Below, one piece after another: positions 1 through 7,827 of a stretch of 64,000 bases of DNA. Location of the stretch: positions 159,138-223,137 of the forward strand of contig JAFZMH010000004.1 in assembly GCA_017553325.1 (NCBI GenBank), written 5' to 3'. A model generated the notes under the pieces. The model saw only the letters and a list, made by a program, of their open reading frames with translations, was not told the DNA's origin and searched no databases. The first letter of the stretch is position 1. Each line of letters begins with the position of its first letter. Both the position numbers and the translations under genes were made by a program. This DNA comes from Clostridia bacterium (lineage in GTDB: Bacteria > Bacillota > Clostridia > Christensenellales > CAG-917).

Positions 1-266
1 ATAGCGACGCCAAATGAAGTCACAAATGATATGGCTGTGCGAAGTATGCTCGAAAGCACCGCGCGCCAAAACCCCTCTTCCCCGCCGAGTTTGAAAAACC
101 GCTCGAGAACGACGTCCGGCATCGGCAAAGCGAGCGGATTGTCCTTGATTTTTGCGACAATCGCCCAAATTGCGAGTACGAGTCCAAAGGCAACGAGCGG
201 ATAGCAAATATTCTCCGCTATCCGCTTGACTGTCTGTTTGTCAAATTTGAATTCAAGTTTTTTCAT
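1..266 (-). CDS. ABC transporter permease, NitT/TauT (SsuC/TauC-like) family. Only the N-terminal 88 codons are present; the gene continues beyond the left edge.
   Basis: Absent from the ORF track because it is truncated. My reverse-complement translation from the ATG at 266-264 reads MKKLEFKFDKQTVKRIAENICYPLVAFGLVLAIWAIVAKIKDNPLALPMPDVVLERFFKLGGEEGFWRAVLSSILRTAISFVTSFGVA. It has one TM helix, then the LP.P..V lead-in usual for this permease family. It follows the binding-protein gene on the same strand after a 29-nt spacer. Confidence 0.6.
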   Translation of the reverse strand, partial: MKKLEFKFDKQTVKRIAENICYPLVAFGLVLAIWAIVAKIKDNPLALPMPDVVLERFFKLGGEEGFWRAVLSSILRTAISFVTSFGVA

Positions 267-275
267 AACACTTTT

Positions 276-292
276 TATAGGCTGTGCCTATA
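276..292 (-). promoter_or_regulatory. Intercistronic stem-loop between the binding-protein and permease genes
   Basis: TATAGGC-TGT-GCCTATA is a perfect 7-bp stem with a 3-nt loop, 4 nt after the TGA of the upstream gene. No U-tract follows on the minus strand, so it is more likely an mRNA-stability or decay-barrier element than a terminator. Confidence 0.35.
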
Positions 293-295
293 ACA

Positions 296-1288
296 TCAGA
301 AGATAAGGCTCGCTGCCGCATCCCAATCAATCGCGTTGCCATTTGGATCTTTTGGCATAACGTTTTTTAGGAAAGCGATGATTTGTGCCTTTTTTGCATC
401 ATCAAGGCGTGTGCCATCCACTGCGCAACGTGGCACGGATGCCGCAGGGAAAGTCGCGCTCTCATAGAGTTGTTTTGCCTTTTGAGTTACATTTGCCGCG
501 TTTGCGCTCACCCATGCTTTATTGTCTGCGAGTTTGGCAAACAAGTCATTCATAAATGCCGTGTCGTTTGCAAGAGAAGTTCTCACAAAGAGACCCGCTT
601 GCGGATAACTGCTACCGTTATTCTCATTTGCCGCCGCATAAGTCGCTTGCATATCGAGTTCACGTGTCTTTAGTAAGTTCTTTTTTGCGGTTGCGGCAGG
701 TTCGCCGACGACGATAAAGTCGACTTGTCCGGTTGAAAGAAGGGTTCCCGCTGCGTTGCCGTCCGCGACGTATTGAACGTAAACTTGGTTTGCAGTCGGT
801 TCGCCGGTTTCGACAATCTCAATGCCGTTTGCCTTCACAACATATCTGAACACGAGCCCCGGGACGCCTGTTTTGCCTATGCAGGCAACCTTCTTGCCCT
901 TCACGTCGTTTATGGTCAAGGCGTCGCCTTCGTTATCGCCTGCAACCATATAGAGAGAACCGCTGACCGCTATGCTGACAAGTTTATAGTCTGCACCTTG
1001 ACGGATGAGGTTTGCGCCGGCATTCACAGGCATAATCACTATATCTGCGCTTTTTGTTGACATTTCACTCCCAATATTGTTTGGGGCGACCGCGGCGTAT
1101 TCGACGCTGTGTCCGTCGATTTTTGCATTGTCAACCGCAAAAGTCAGCATTGCAAGCGCCGGCGTTCCTTCGGGCGCCGCAAAGCGAAGATCCGTTTTCT
1201 TTTTGTTGCAAGCAACAAAGGTCGTCGCAAGTGCGAAAATCAATACGAGTGCTAGCACGATTGATACGAGTTTCAATGACTTTTTCAT
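296..1288 (-). CDS. ABC transporter substrate-binding lipoprotein, NMT1/THI5- or SsuA-like (NitT/TauT family)
   Basis: 330-aa ORF with lipoprotein signal MKKSLKLVSIVLALVLIFALATTFVAC (lipobox FVAC). Size and alternating beta/alpha pattern fit this binding-protein class. A matching permease lies immediately downstream. Confidence 0.7.
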   Translation of the reverse strand: MKKSLKLVSIVLALVLIFALATTFVACNKKKTDLRFAAPEGTPALAMLTFAVDNAKIDGHSVEYAAVAPNNIGSEMSTKSADIVIMPVNAGANLIRQGADYKLVSIAVSGSLYMVAGDNEGDALTINDVKGKKVACIGKTGVPGLVFRYVVKANGIEIVETGEPTANQVYVQYVADGNAAGTLLSTGQVDFIVVGEPAATAKKNLLKTRELDMQATYAAANENNGSSYPQAGLFVRTSLANDTAFMNDLFAKLADNKAWVSANAANVTQKAKQLYESATFPAASVPRCAVDGTRLDDAKKAQIIAFLKNVMPKDPNGNAIDWDAAASLIF

Positions 1289-1361
1289 AATACTGTCCTA
1301 TTCCTTATTATTCGATTATTATTCCGATTTATCAAAAACAACTTGCACGAAAGTCGAGGTT

Positions 1362-1607
1362 TTAGACCTCAAAACTTGTGAGTGCCGATTTGACTGCAAG
1401 CCCGTCAAATTGCCCGAGTCTACCCGTGAGCGCGGAAATACGCTCTTGGTCGCCTTCCACAATGAGCGCGATTGTCGAGACGTTGTCTCTTGGCACTCCC
1501 ATACGCCCGACGATAATATCGCCGAAGTCGCTCAAGACCTTTTGCATTTCGAGAGCGAGACTGCGGTCGCCCTTGACTACGATTCCAACTACACCGATTC
1601 TTTTCAT
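1362..1607 (-). CDS. TM1266-family small ACT-fold protein ('iron-only hydrogenase system regulator' family)
   Basis: 81 aa. The pattern MKRIGVVGIVVKGDR...VLSDFGDIIVGRMGVP......IALIVEGDQERISALTGRLGQFDGLAVKSAL matches what I remember for TM1266-like proteins (I.I.V.DR....VN.LL......I.GRMG.P........I......D.I.AL.GKLG...GV.VK). SD AAAGGAGA lies 6 nt upstream of the ATG. Confidence 0.6.
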   Translation of the reverse strand: MKRIGVVGIVVKGDRSLALEMQKVLSDFGDIIVGRMGVPRDNVSTIALIVEGDQERISALTGRLGQFDGLAVKSALTSFEV

Positions 1608-1670
1608 AAGTATCTCCTTTGGGGGCTTCGCCCCTTTTATTTTTTTATTTTAATATATCAGAGATATATT

Positions 1671-1700
1671 ATCTTACTATATTTTATCCTTTCTTATCAA
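1671..1700 (-). promoter_or_regulatory. Candidate sigma-A promoter for the TM1266-like/ABC importer operon
   Basis: The minus strand reads TTGATA-18 nt-TAAGAT, about 65 nt upstream of the ATG at 1607. Confidence 0.4.
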
Positions 1701-1759
1701 GCTTCTAATTGCCGCTACTTGCTCCGCTTTGACAAACTTTGTACTTTGTAAAAGTGGAC

Positions 1760-1794
1760 AAAAAAAATTCGCTACCGTGCAAAACGGTAGCGAA
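1760..1794 (-). terminator. Rho-independent terminator of the MacB-type exporter operon
   Basis: Minus strand: TTCGCTACCG-TTTTGCA-CGGTAGCGAA followed by TTTTTTTT. It lies 124 nt after the stop of the 624-aa gene. Confidence 0.8.
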
Positions 1795-1917
1795 AATGTT
1801 GATTTCCTTTCATCCGTCTTACACTCCGACCTCGGTCATCGTTTCAGATTGATTTCTCAGTCAATGATAATATATTTTTCCTATTATGTCAAGTGCGTTT
1901 TTCGCTTTGAATTGCGC

Positions 1918-3792
1918 TTATTTCACCATACTTGACAAAAGTTGCACGAGCATATTGACCCACAACACGCGGGATTCGTTTGCGTACGCCATATAATCGT
2001 TGACGAGCGCGTTTCTTGCCGAAATCTCATCGTCGGTGGCACCCTCGGGCAACGGGCTCAACAATTCTCTTTGACAAAACGCTTCAAGATTCGTCCTTAT
2101 CTGCAATTCGTCTTGATAATAATCTTCAATGCACAAGGTCAAATCGTTCTTCAAAGTCGGGAGCAAATCTTGCGCGAGTTCGAGCACCTTTGCGCTTCCT
2201 TCGTCCATATAGTATTTGTACCACCTCGTCGTATCCGTCGTATAGTCGTACGGGTTTTGCGCGATACCGAGTCCGCCGTTTTCCACGCTACTCGTAAAGT
2301 CGCACATACTCGCCGCCTGACTCAAACCGGCGATACTTGCTTCACCTTCGAGATATTTGAAATAAGTCTTTTCGAAAACCGACATCAACACCATCTTCGC
2401 GGCGACCACGATTTCTCTCTTCAACAGCGCCTCGCTCCAAATGCTTGAATGGACCATACCATCAATAAGAGCGTCGGCGTCGTCCACGTCCGCGTTTGCA
2501 ATCGAAATCAAATTTACGCAAGCGTCGACTGCGACGACAGGCATCGCGCGCCTATAATCTGTTTCCGCCTGCGCGGCTACCACGTTCACGAGCCCTTCGA
2601 GTTCGGACTCTTCCATATTTTCAAGCATAGCGCGTTCGACGCGCGCGAGAATGATGAGCGAGTTTACTTCCTTCGTGCGAGAGTCGTATACGTCGATGTT
2701 TTCGACGTATTCCTTCACCATATTCAAAAATTCTCCGTTCACGACGTTCGCTGCGGAAATCACCATGCTCGCCATATACGGAATGGAATCAGTGAAAACG
2801 TAGGCGAGTTTTGCATAGTTGAGCACCTGCGCGACGATACGGGACGTGGCGAGAGTACCGTCGTATTTGTCCGTGACGGTTCTTATCGCGTTGTTGAGTT
2901 TTGCAATCTCCTCCGTCGTCATAGCCGCCTTCAATTCGCGCACGTTTGAGAGCATTGACGTGACGACGGTTTGAATTTCCTCGTTTTCAATCTGCGAGAG
3001 CGCGCCGTCCTCGCTGTTCATGACGTTCACCATATTGTCCGTGAGCGTATCGATAGAGGTCGTATACGCAAACTTGACGAGCGCCTTGATTGCGCTTTCC
3101 GCAGAAGTGACGGCAGACAAAATCTCGTCCTTCTCGTCCTTGGTGAAATTGAGATAGTTGAGTTCCGTCTCGACAGCCGATATGCTTGCGTTGACGTTGT
3201 CGACGTTCTTTGCGCTTTTTACGTCCCAAAGCTTCTCTTTCATTGCGACGAGCACGCTTGACCCGTCCTGCACGAGCGAGCGAATAAGCGTATAGACGAC
3301 GGTTGAAACGTCCGCGCCGGTAAACTCGACCTCGCGTAAAAGCGACACGAGCAGACCTGCGTTGTCGTCAAACTCCTCGAAAAGTTTTTGTCCGTCTTCC
3401 GAGGCGAGCGCTTCCGAAAGCTTTTCAAGTTTTGCGGTCTGAAGCGGAGAGGCGTAAAGTATACCGCTGAAGAACTCAACCCAACCTTCGTAAACGACGT
3501 AGTCGCCCGCGTCATCGAGTTCTTTGAGTTCCTCCGTCGTCAAATCGTACGACCAGTCCGAATTTATTCCCGAAAGGAAATTGCGCTCAACCGCGCTTAC
3601 GACTTCGAATCTCTTGACAATCGCCTGCTTTTCGGCTTCGGCGCGTTTTTTTTGTTCGACCGCGCGCGAACCGAAAATACCGCCCAGCACCACGCCGGCG
3701 ACGACGAGCACGCAGATTGCGATAACGATTATTATTTTCACAGTCTTTGTCATATTTTTTGCCCTATTCTCAACGTCGTAATGACGTTTCAA
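1918..3792 (-). CDS. Hypothetical membrane-anchored protein with a large, predicted helical extracytoplasmic domain
   Basis: 624-aa ORF. It has an N-terminal basic stretch plus one TM helix (TVKIIIVIAICVLVVAGVVLGGIF). The rest is Ala/Leu/Glu/Val-rich with no motif I recognise. The ATG overlaps the stop of the FtsX permease gene (ATGA, 3789-3792), which implies translational coupling. Confidence 0.7.
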   Translation of the reverse strand: MKRHYDVENRAKNMTKTVKIIIVIAICVLVVAGVVLGGIFGSRAVEQKKRAEAEKQAIVKRFEVVSAVERNFLSGINSDWSYDLTTEELKELDDAGDYVVYEGWVEFFSGILYASPLQTAKLEKLSEALASEDGQKLFEEFDDNAGLLVSLLREVEFTGADVSTVVYTLIRSLVQDGSSVLVAMKEKLWDVKSAKNVDNVNASISAVETELNYLNFTKDEKDEILSAVTSAESAIKALVKFAYTTSIDTLTDNMVNVMNSEDGALSQIENEEIQTVVTSMLSNVRELKAAMTTEEIAKLNNAIRTVTDKYDGTLATSRIVAQVLNYAKLAYVFTDSIPYMASMVISAANVVNGEFLNMVKEYVENIDVYDSRTKEVNSLIILARVERAMLENMEESELEGLVNVVAAQAETDYRRAMPVVAVDACVNLISIANADVDDADALIDGMVHSSIWSEALLKREIVVAAKMVLMSVFEKTYFKYLEGEASIAGLSQAASMCDFTSSVENGGLGIAQNPYDYTTDTTRWYKYYMDEGSAKVLELAQDLLPTLKNDLTLCIEDYYQDELQIRTNLEAFCQRELLSPLPEGATDDEISARNALVNDYMAYANESRVLWVNMLVQLLSSMVK

Positions 3793-6248
3793 TTCCTTTT
3801 CAATCTATAACCGTGCTTAAAGTTGAGCGCAAACGGTACGACGGCGTACAGTACCGCCATAACTGCGCCGACCACCGCGACCACCCAAGCGCTGTAAGTG
3901 AATTCAAAGTAAAGCCCAAACAGCATCAGCGCGTGAATGAGCGACATCGTGAGCAACACGGACGCCGCAAACGCGACGACGAATGAGACGAGCGCGATGA
4001 GCGTATGTTCAAAGAATTCGTTCAAAAGCAAGGTATTCTTCGACATACCTGCCGCAAGGAGCGACGTCCTTGCGTTCTCCTCCGCACCTCTGCCGACGAG
4101 CGCGGCGAACACGGACACGAGCAGTATGAACACCCCGACCACGACGGCGAGCGTCCCCACCAAATCGAAGACGGCGGACGTGCTGTCCCTGTCCCACTTG
4201 AACGCCTCGAGCGCGCTGACCACGTAGTAGTTTTGGCTCGCGTATTTTTGCTTTATGTTGCCAACCGTCTTTTCGACGTCCCCACGGGAGACGATAAGCA
4301 CGGTGTCCACCTCGACGCCGAGCGTTTTTAAAGCCTCCGAGGACATCACGACGTAGTTTCCGTTGAAGAGATTGTGGTGCACGAACCCCACGATTTTCAC
4401 TTTTGCGACCTTGTCTTTGACGGACAATTCCAGTTCGTCGCCAAGTTTCACGCCGTAGAGCTTTTGAAGCGAAATATCGACCACACAGACCTTTTCGTCG
4501 GTATACTCTTGACCGGGCGTTTGCGACGCAATCGCACTTTTAACTGTTGCTTTTGGCGTGATAAACTCGAAGTTTATCATATCGAGTATATCGCCCGAGC
4601 CCAAAAGGTTTATTGATTTTTCAAAGTTTTCGGCTTTTATACTCCCCTTTTGCCACACCATTTTCGTCGCGCTGTCGACGCCGTCAACGTCATAAAAACC
4701 GTCCGTGTCGACGTTCGACTTTATGTTGGAAACGAAGGTGAAATTTTCAACGCTTTTGAGGTAGCCGTCAAACACGTTGGTCGTCACGTTCCAAGCCATA
4801 AACAGCATAACGCATATCGCAACGCCGACGGTCAAAATCGACGTCGAGCGCGCAAATCTTTTCTCTCTCGGCAGGGTTTTAGCCGCGGTTTTGACGCTGG
4901 GCGCGGACGCCTTTTGGGCGACCTTCGCCACGAATTTCACGACGTACGGAGAGGCCGCAAACAGCGCGACGAGCACGAGCGCAAGACTGACTATCGCAAA
5001 GTACGGAGTGACCGCCTTGACGAAGCATTCGACGAGCACGCTCGCCGTTGCAAGCAGGCAAAGAACTATCGGCGGGACGAAACCGAATTTCGACTGTTTC
5101 TGCACCGTCGATTGATTTTGCCTTATCGTCCCCCTCATGCTCCTTATTATCGGAAGAAGCGAACTTAAAACCGCGCTCGCAATTCCCGCAACCGCCGCCG
5201 CGAACAGATACGCCGCGTTCACGCCGACTACAATGGTTTTGAGCGTCAATCTTATTATGAGCGCAAATATGCCGACGGCAAGCGCGGAGCCTACCACCCC
5301 GCCGACGAACGCTATGAGCGCGCTCTCAATCAAGAACACGCCGAGAATCTGACCTCCCGTCGCGCCGACTATTCTGAGCCGTGAAATATAATCGATCTTT
5401 TCCTTTTCTCCCATAAGGAAGATAAACGCGACTATGACGACGGAGAGCACGAGGACAGCCGCCCCCGCAAGCACTACCGGCGCGGTGAGCGCAGTCGTTT
5501 GCTCGTCGATATACTCGTAGTCGTGCGAAAGCCCAACCTGCATATCCTTGTAATAGTCGATGGCTTTTATTGCGTCGATGACCGCGTTTACGTCCGTGCC
5601 GTCGTTGACCTTGACGTATATCTCGTTAAAGAGAGGGGTTTCGCCCGTTATGACGAGAGCGGAAATCTTCTTGACGTCGCCGACGATTAAATAGGGCGAG
5701 TCGTCAAGGAAGTAGCCGCTGTTTTTGGCGATTGCAGCGACGTATACAGTCGTATTGTTGCTCCCGAGCGAGAGCGTGAGCGGTGAGCCCACGTCGACGC
5801 CGAAGTGTTCCGCCGCGCTCTTTGAAATTATCACGTCGTCGGTATTCAAAGAGGATGTGCTTCCGCTCAACAAATCGAGTTTTTGCAGAGCCTCAAACTC
5901 TCCCGTATCAAAACCTCGCGCCTGAACGTATTCGTCCGCGAGTTGCGCGTAGATGTAGAGCGACGGGTATATGCTCAAATCGACGGCTCTCATCCCGTTT
6001 CCGTCTTGAACTTCAAGAGCGTCAAGTTCCGGAGTGACCGTCGTAATTCTCGTCGAACTCGACTTTGTGGCAATCTTTATGTCGCTGCTCCCAGCCACCG
6101 CCGTCTCGCTTGCGCTGATATAGTCGAAAACCGCGCTCCTAAAAGAGAGCATGGCAAAAATCATCGCCACGGCAACCGCGATTCCAAAGACCGCCACGAC
6201 CGTCCGCCACGGTTTCGATTTTATATTTCGCAATGCGAGTTTAAACAT
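3789..6248 (-). CDS. ABC transporter permease with two FtsX/MacB-type modules
   Basis: 819 aa. The N-terminus MFKLALRNIKSKPWRTVVAVFGIAVAVAMI is the typical MacB/FtsX start. A large extracytoplasmic domain follows TM1, then a TM cluster, then a second ECD and TM cluster. It sits directly downstream of the LolD/MacB-type ATPase. Confidence 0.85.
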   Translation of the reverse strand: MFKLALRNIKSKPWRTVVAVFGIAVAVAMIFAMLSFRSAVFDYISASETAVAGSSDIKIATKSSSTRITTVTPELDALEVQDGNGMRAVDLSIYPSLYIYAQLADEYVQARGFDTGEFEALQKLDLLSGSTSSLNTDDVIISKSAAEHFGVDVGSPLTLSLGSNNTTVYVAAIAKNSGYFLDDSPYLIVGDVKKISALVITGETPLFNEIYVKVNDGTDVNAVIDAIKAIDYYKDMQVGLSHDYEYIDEQTTALTAPVVLAGAAVLVLSVVIVAFIFLMGEKEKIDYISRLRIVGATGGQILGVFLIESALIAFVGGVVGSALAVGIFALIIRLTLKTIVVGVNAAYLFAAAVAGIASAVLSSLLPIIRSMRGTIRQNQSTVQKQSKFGFVPPIVLCLLATASVLVECFVKAVTPYFAIVSLALVLVALFAASPYVVKFVAKVAQKASAPSVKTAAKTLPREKRFARSTSILTVGVAICVMLFMAWNVTTNVFDGYLKSVENFTFVSNIKSNVDTDGFYDVDGVDSATKMVWQKGSIKAENFEKSINLLGSGDILDMINFEFITPKATVKSAIASQTPGQEYTDEKVCVVDISLQKLYGVKLGDELELSVKDKVAKVKIVGFVHHNLFNGNYVVMSSEALKTLGVEVDTVLIVSRGDVEKTVGNIKQKYASQNYYVVSALEAFKWDRDSTSAVFDLVGTLAVVVGVFILLVSVFAALVGRGAEENARTSLLAAGMSKNTLLLNEFFEHTLIALVSFVVAFAASVLLTMSLIHALMLFGLYFEFTYSAWVVAVVGAVMAVLYAVVPFALNFKHGYRLKRN

Positions 6249-6262
6249 AGGCTACGTATTTC

Positions 6263-6928
6263 TTAGTTCAAGAGTCCGTCTTCCATCTTGACGATTCTCG
6301 TCGCATATTCAGCGTGCGCCTGAGAGTGAGTTATCATAACCAGCGCAACGCCCTTTTCCTTGTTTATCGTTTTCAAAAGTTCCATGACCTGCCTGCCGCG
6401 CTCCTTGTCGAGACTGCCTGTCGGCTCGTCGAGGAATATGATTTTCGGGTTGGTGACGAGCGCTCTCGCTATTGCGGCGCGCTGTTGCTCTCCTCCGCTG
6501 AGTTGAGAGGGGAACTTTTTGAGAGTATCGCCTATTCCCAAATAGTTTGCCACCTCTTCCGCTCTCGCCTTGAACGCGCTCTCCTTCTGCTTGTCGAGAA
6601 CGAGTGGCAGAGTGATATTTTCGTATACGGTCAAATTGGCGACGAGGTTGTCGAATTGATAGACGAAAGAAAAATCTTCTCTTCGCATCTGAGCGAGAGA
6701 CTTGTCGTCCAAGTCCTTCAAATTTTTACCGAGCAAAACGACGTCGCCTTCCGTCGGCTTGTCGATGCCCGCCAAAATATAGAGAAGCGTCGACTTGCCC
6801 GAACCGGACTCGCCGACGATAGCGACGAACTCGCCGTCTTGCACGGCAAAATCAACGCCCTTCAAAACGGGTGTGACGACCTCGCCGTTTGAAAACTCTT
6901 TCTTTATTCCTTTTGCTTCGAGTACCAT
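6263..6928 (-). CDS. ABC transporter ATP-binding protein, MacB/LolD family
   Basis: 221 aa with Walker A GESGSGKST, signature LSGGEQQRAAIARAL, Walker B IIFLDEPTGSLD and H-loop ITHS. Confidence 0.9.
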   Translation of the reverse strand: MVLEAKGIKKEFSNGEVVTPVLKGVDFAVQDGEFVAIVGESGSGKSTLLYILAGIDKPTEGDVVLLGKNLKDLDDKSLAQMRREDFSFVYQFDNLVANLTVYENITLPLVLDKQKESAFKARAEEVANYLGIGDTLKKFPSQLSGGEQQRAAIARALVTNPKIIFLDEPTGSLDKERGRQVMELLKTINKEKGVALVMITHSQAHAEYATRIVKMEDGLLN

Positions 6929-7067
6929 ACTCTCACCTGCCTCGCGCGCTTGCGCAAACTTTAACGAATATATTATAACACACAGTTATTTCAAGCACAA
7001 CATTTATTTTCGTACCAAAAAATCACGGATTTTTTGCGCTGAATTTGCCCTATGTCGCTTTTCTTTG

Positions 7068-7096
7068 TTGTGATTTTTCCCCGTATGTGCTATAAT
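7068..7096 (+). promoter_or_regulatory. Candidate promoter of queH, with the -10 only 6 nt from the ATG (possibly leaderless)
   Basis: TTGTGA-17 nt-TATAAT with an extended TG (TGCTATAAT). TATAAT is at 7091-7096 and the ATG at 7103. There is no SD in between. Confidence 0.45.
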
Positions 7097-7102
7097 CTGC
7101 TT

Positions 7103-7702
7103 ATGAAAAAGCCGATTGTTGAAAAGGGCTCTATCGAGGAGCAAATCGAAATCGTCAAGGCCTCGGGCACGAAACCCCGCCTATTGTTGCACGCCTGTTG
7201 CGGTCCTTGCGCAAGCAGCGTGCTTGAATATTTGACGCCCTATTTTGAAATAACCGTCTTTTATTACAACCCCAATATTTTGCCAAAAGAGGAGTTTATC
7301 CGCAGGTTAGAGGCACTTAAAGTCGTGATTTCGCACTTTGACGGCGTAAAACTCGTCGTGCCCGAGCAGAGTGAAAACGAATATCTCACCCTCGTCAAGG
7401 GACTGGAAAACGAACCCGAGGGTGGCAAGAGGTGCGGCGTCTGTTTTGCGCTTCGACTGGACGGCACGGCAAGATATATGGCAACAAACGAAGCGAGCTT
7501 CGACTTTTTCGCCACCACCCTCACCGTCTCCCCGCACAAGGACAACGTCCGCATAAACGAAATCGGATGTAGCATTGCAAAAAAATACGACGTAGAATAC
7601 TTGTCCTCAAATTTCAAAAAACGCGATGGATACCTTCGTTCGACTCAACTTTCAAAAGAATTCGGTATTTATCGTCAAGACTATTGTGGCTGTAAATTAT
7701 GA
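7103..7702 (+). CDS. queH: Epoxyqueuosine reductase QueH (DUF208)
   Basis: Motifs LLHACCGPCASSVLEYL, YYNPNI.P..E, RCGVCF.LRL, TTLTVSPHK and YRQDYCGC(K) are the conserved Cys-rich QueH pattern. I moved the start from the ORF-track ATG (7052) to MKKPIVEKG at 7103, because QueH proteins begin about 20 aa before the CCGPC motif. Confidence 0.85.
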   Translation: MKKPIVEKGSIEEQIEIVKASGTKPRLLLHACCGPCASSVLEYLTPYFEITVFYYNPNILPKEEFIRRLEALKVVISHFDGVKLVVPEQSENEYLTLVKGLENEPEGGKRCGVCFALRLDGTARYMATNEASFDFFATTLTVSPHKDNVRINEIGCSIAKKYDVEYLSSNFKKRDGYLRSTQLSKEFGIYRQDYCGCKL

Positions 7703-7710
7703 TTAAATCG

Positions 7711-7740
7711 TTGGACAATATAAAAACTATTTGTTATAAT
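7711..7740 (+). promoter_or_regulatory. Candidate sigma-A promoter for the riboswitch-yhhQ-SDR transcript
   Basis: TTGGAC-18 nt-TATAAT with an extended -10 (TGTTATAAT). It is followed by a 5' stem-loop AGTCAAC-TTGT-GTTGACT at 7746-7763. Confidence 0.5.
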
Positions 7741-7774
7741 AACACAGTCAACTTGTGTTGACTTAGCTTCATTT

Positions 7775-7820
7775 GAAGATGTTCCTTGCTTAACCATCTT
7801 CGAAATAAAAAACAAGGAGG
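7775..7820 (+). promoter_or_regulatory. preQ1-I (class I) riboswitch, H-type pseudoknot, translational OFF type
   Basis: P1 is GAAGAUG (7775-7781) paired with CAUCUUC (7795-7801). L1 is UU. The P2 5' strand is CCUUG (7784-7788). L2 is CUUAAC, ending in the C just 5' of the P1 3' strand. The A-rich L3 is GAAAUAAAAAA. The P2 3' strand is CAAGG (7813-7817), which overlaps the SD AAGGAGG; the ATG is at 7828. Element order and the UU / ..UAAC / A-rich tail mirror the B. subtilis queC (AGAGGUUCUAGCUACACCCUCUAUAAAAAACUAA) and T. tengcongensis (CUGGGUCGCAGUAACCCCAGUUAACAAAACAAGG) aptamers. Confidence 0.7.
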
Positions 7821-7827
7821 GTCGTAT

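Noticed and set aside
1621-1650. GGGGCTTCGCCCC followed by a T-rich run on the plus strand, considered as a plus-strand terminator.
   Set aside because: No plus-strand gene ends upstream of it. On the biologically relevant minus strand it lies in the 5' leader next to the SD, without a U-tract. I treated it as a leader hairpin, noted under the TM1266 finding.
1005-1751. 248-aa plus-strand ORF spanning the binding-protein gene, the TM1266-like gene and the intergenic region.
   Set aside because: It is antisense to two well-supported genes, crosses a promoter and leader region, and has Ser/Phe/Ile-rich low-complexity sequence.
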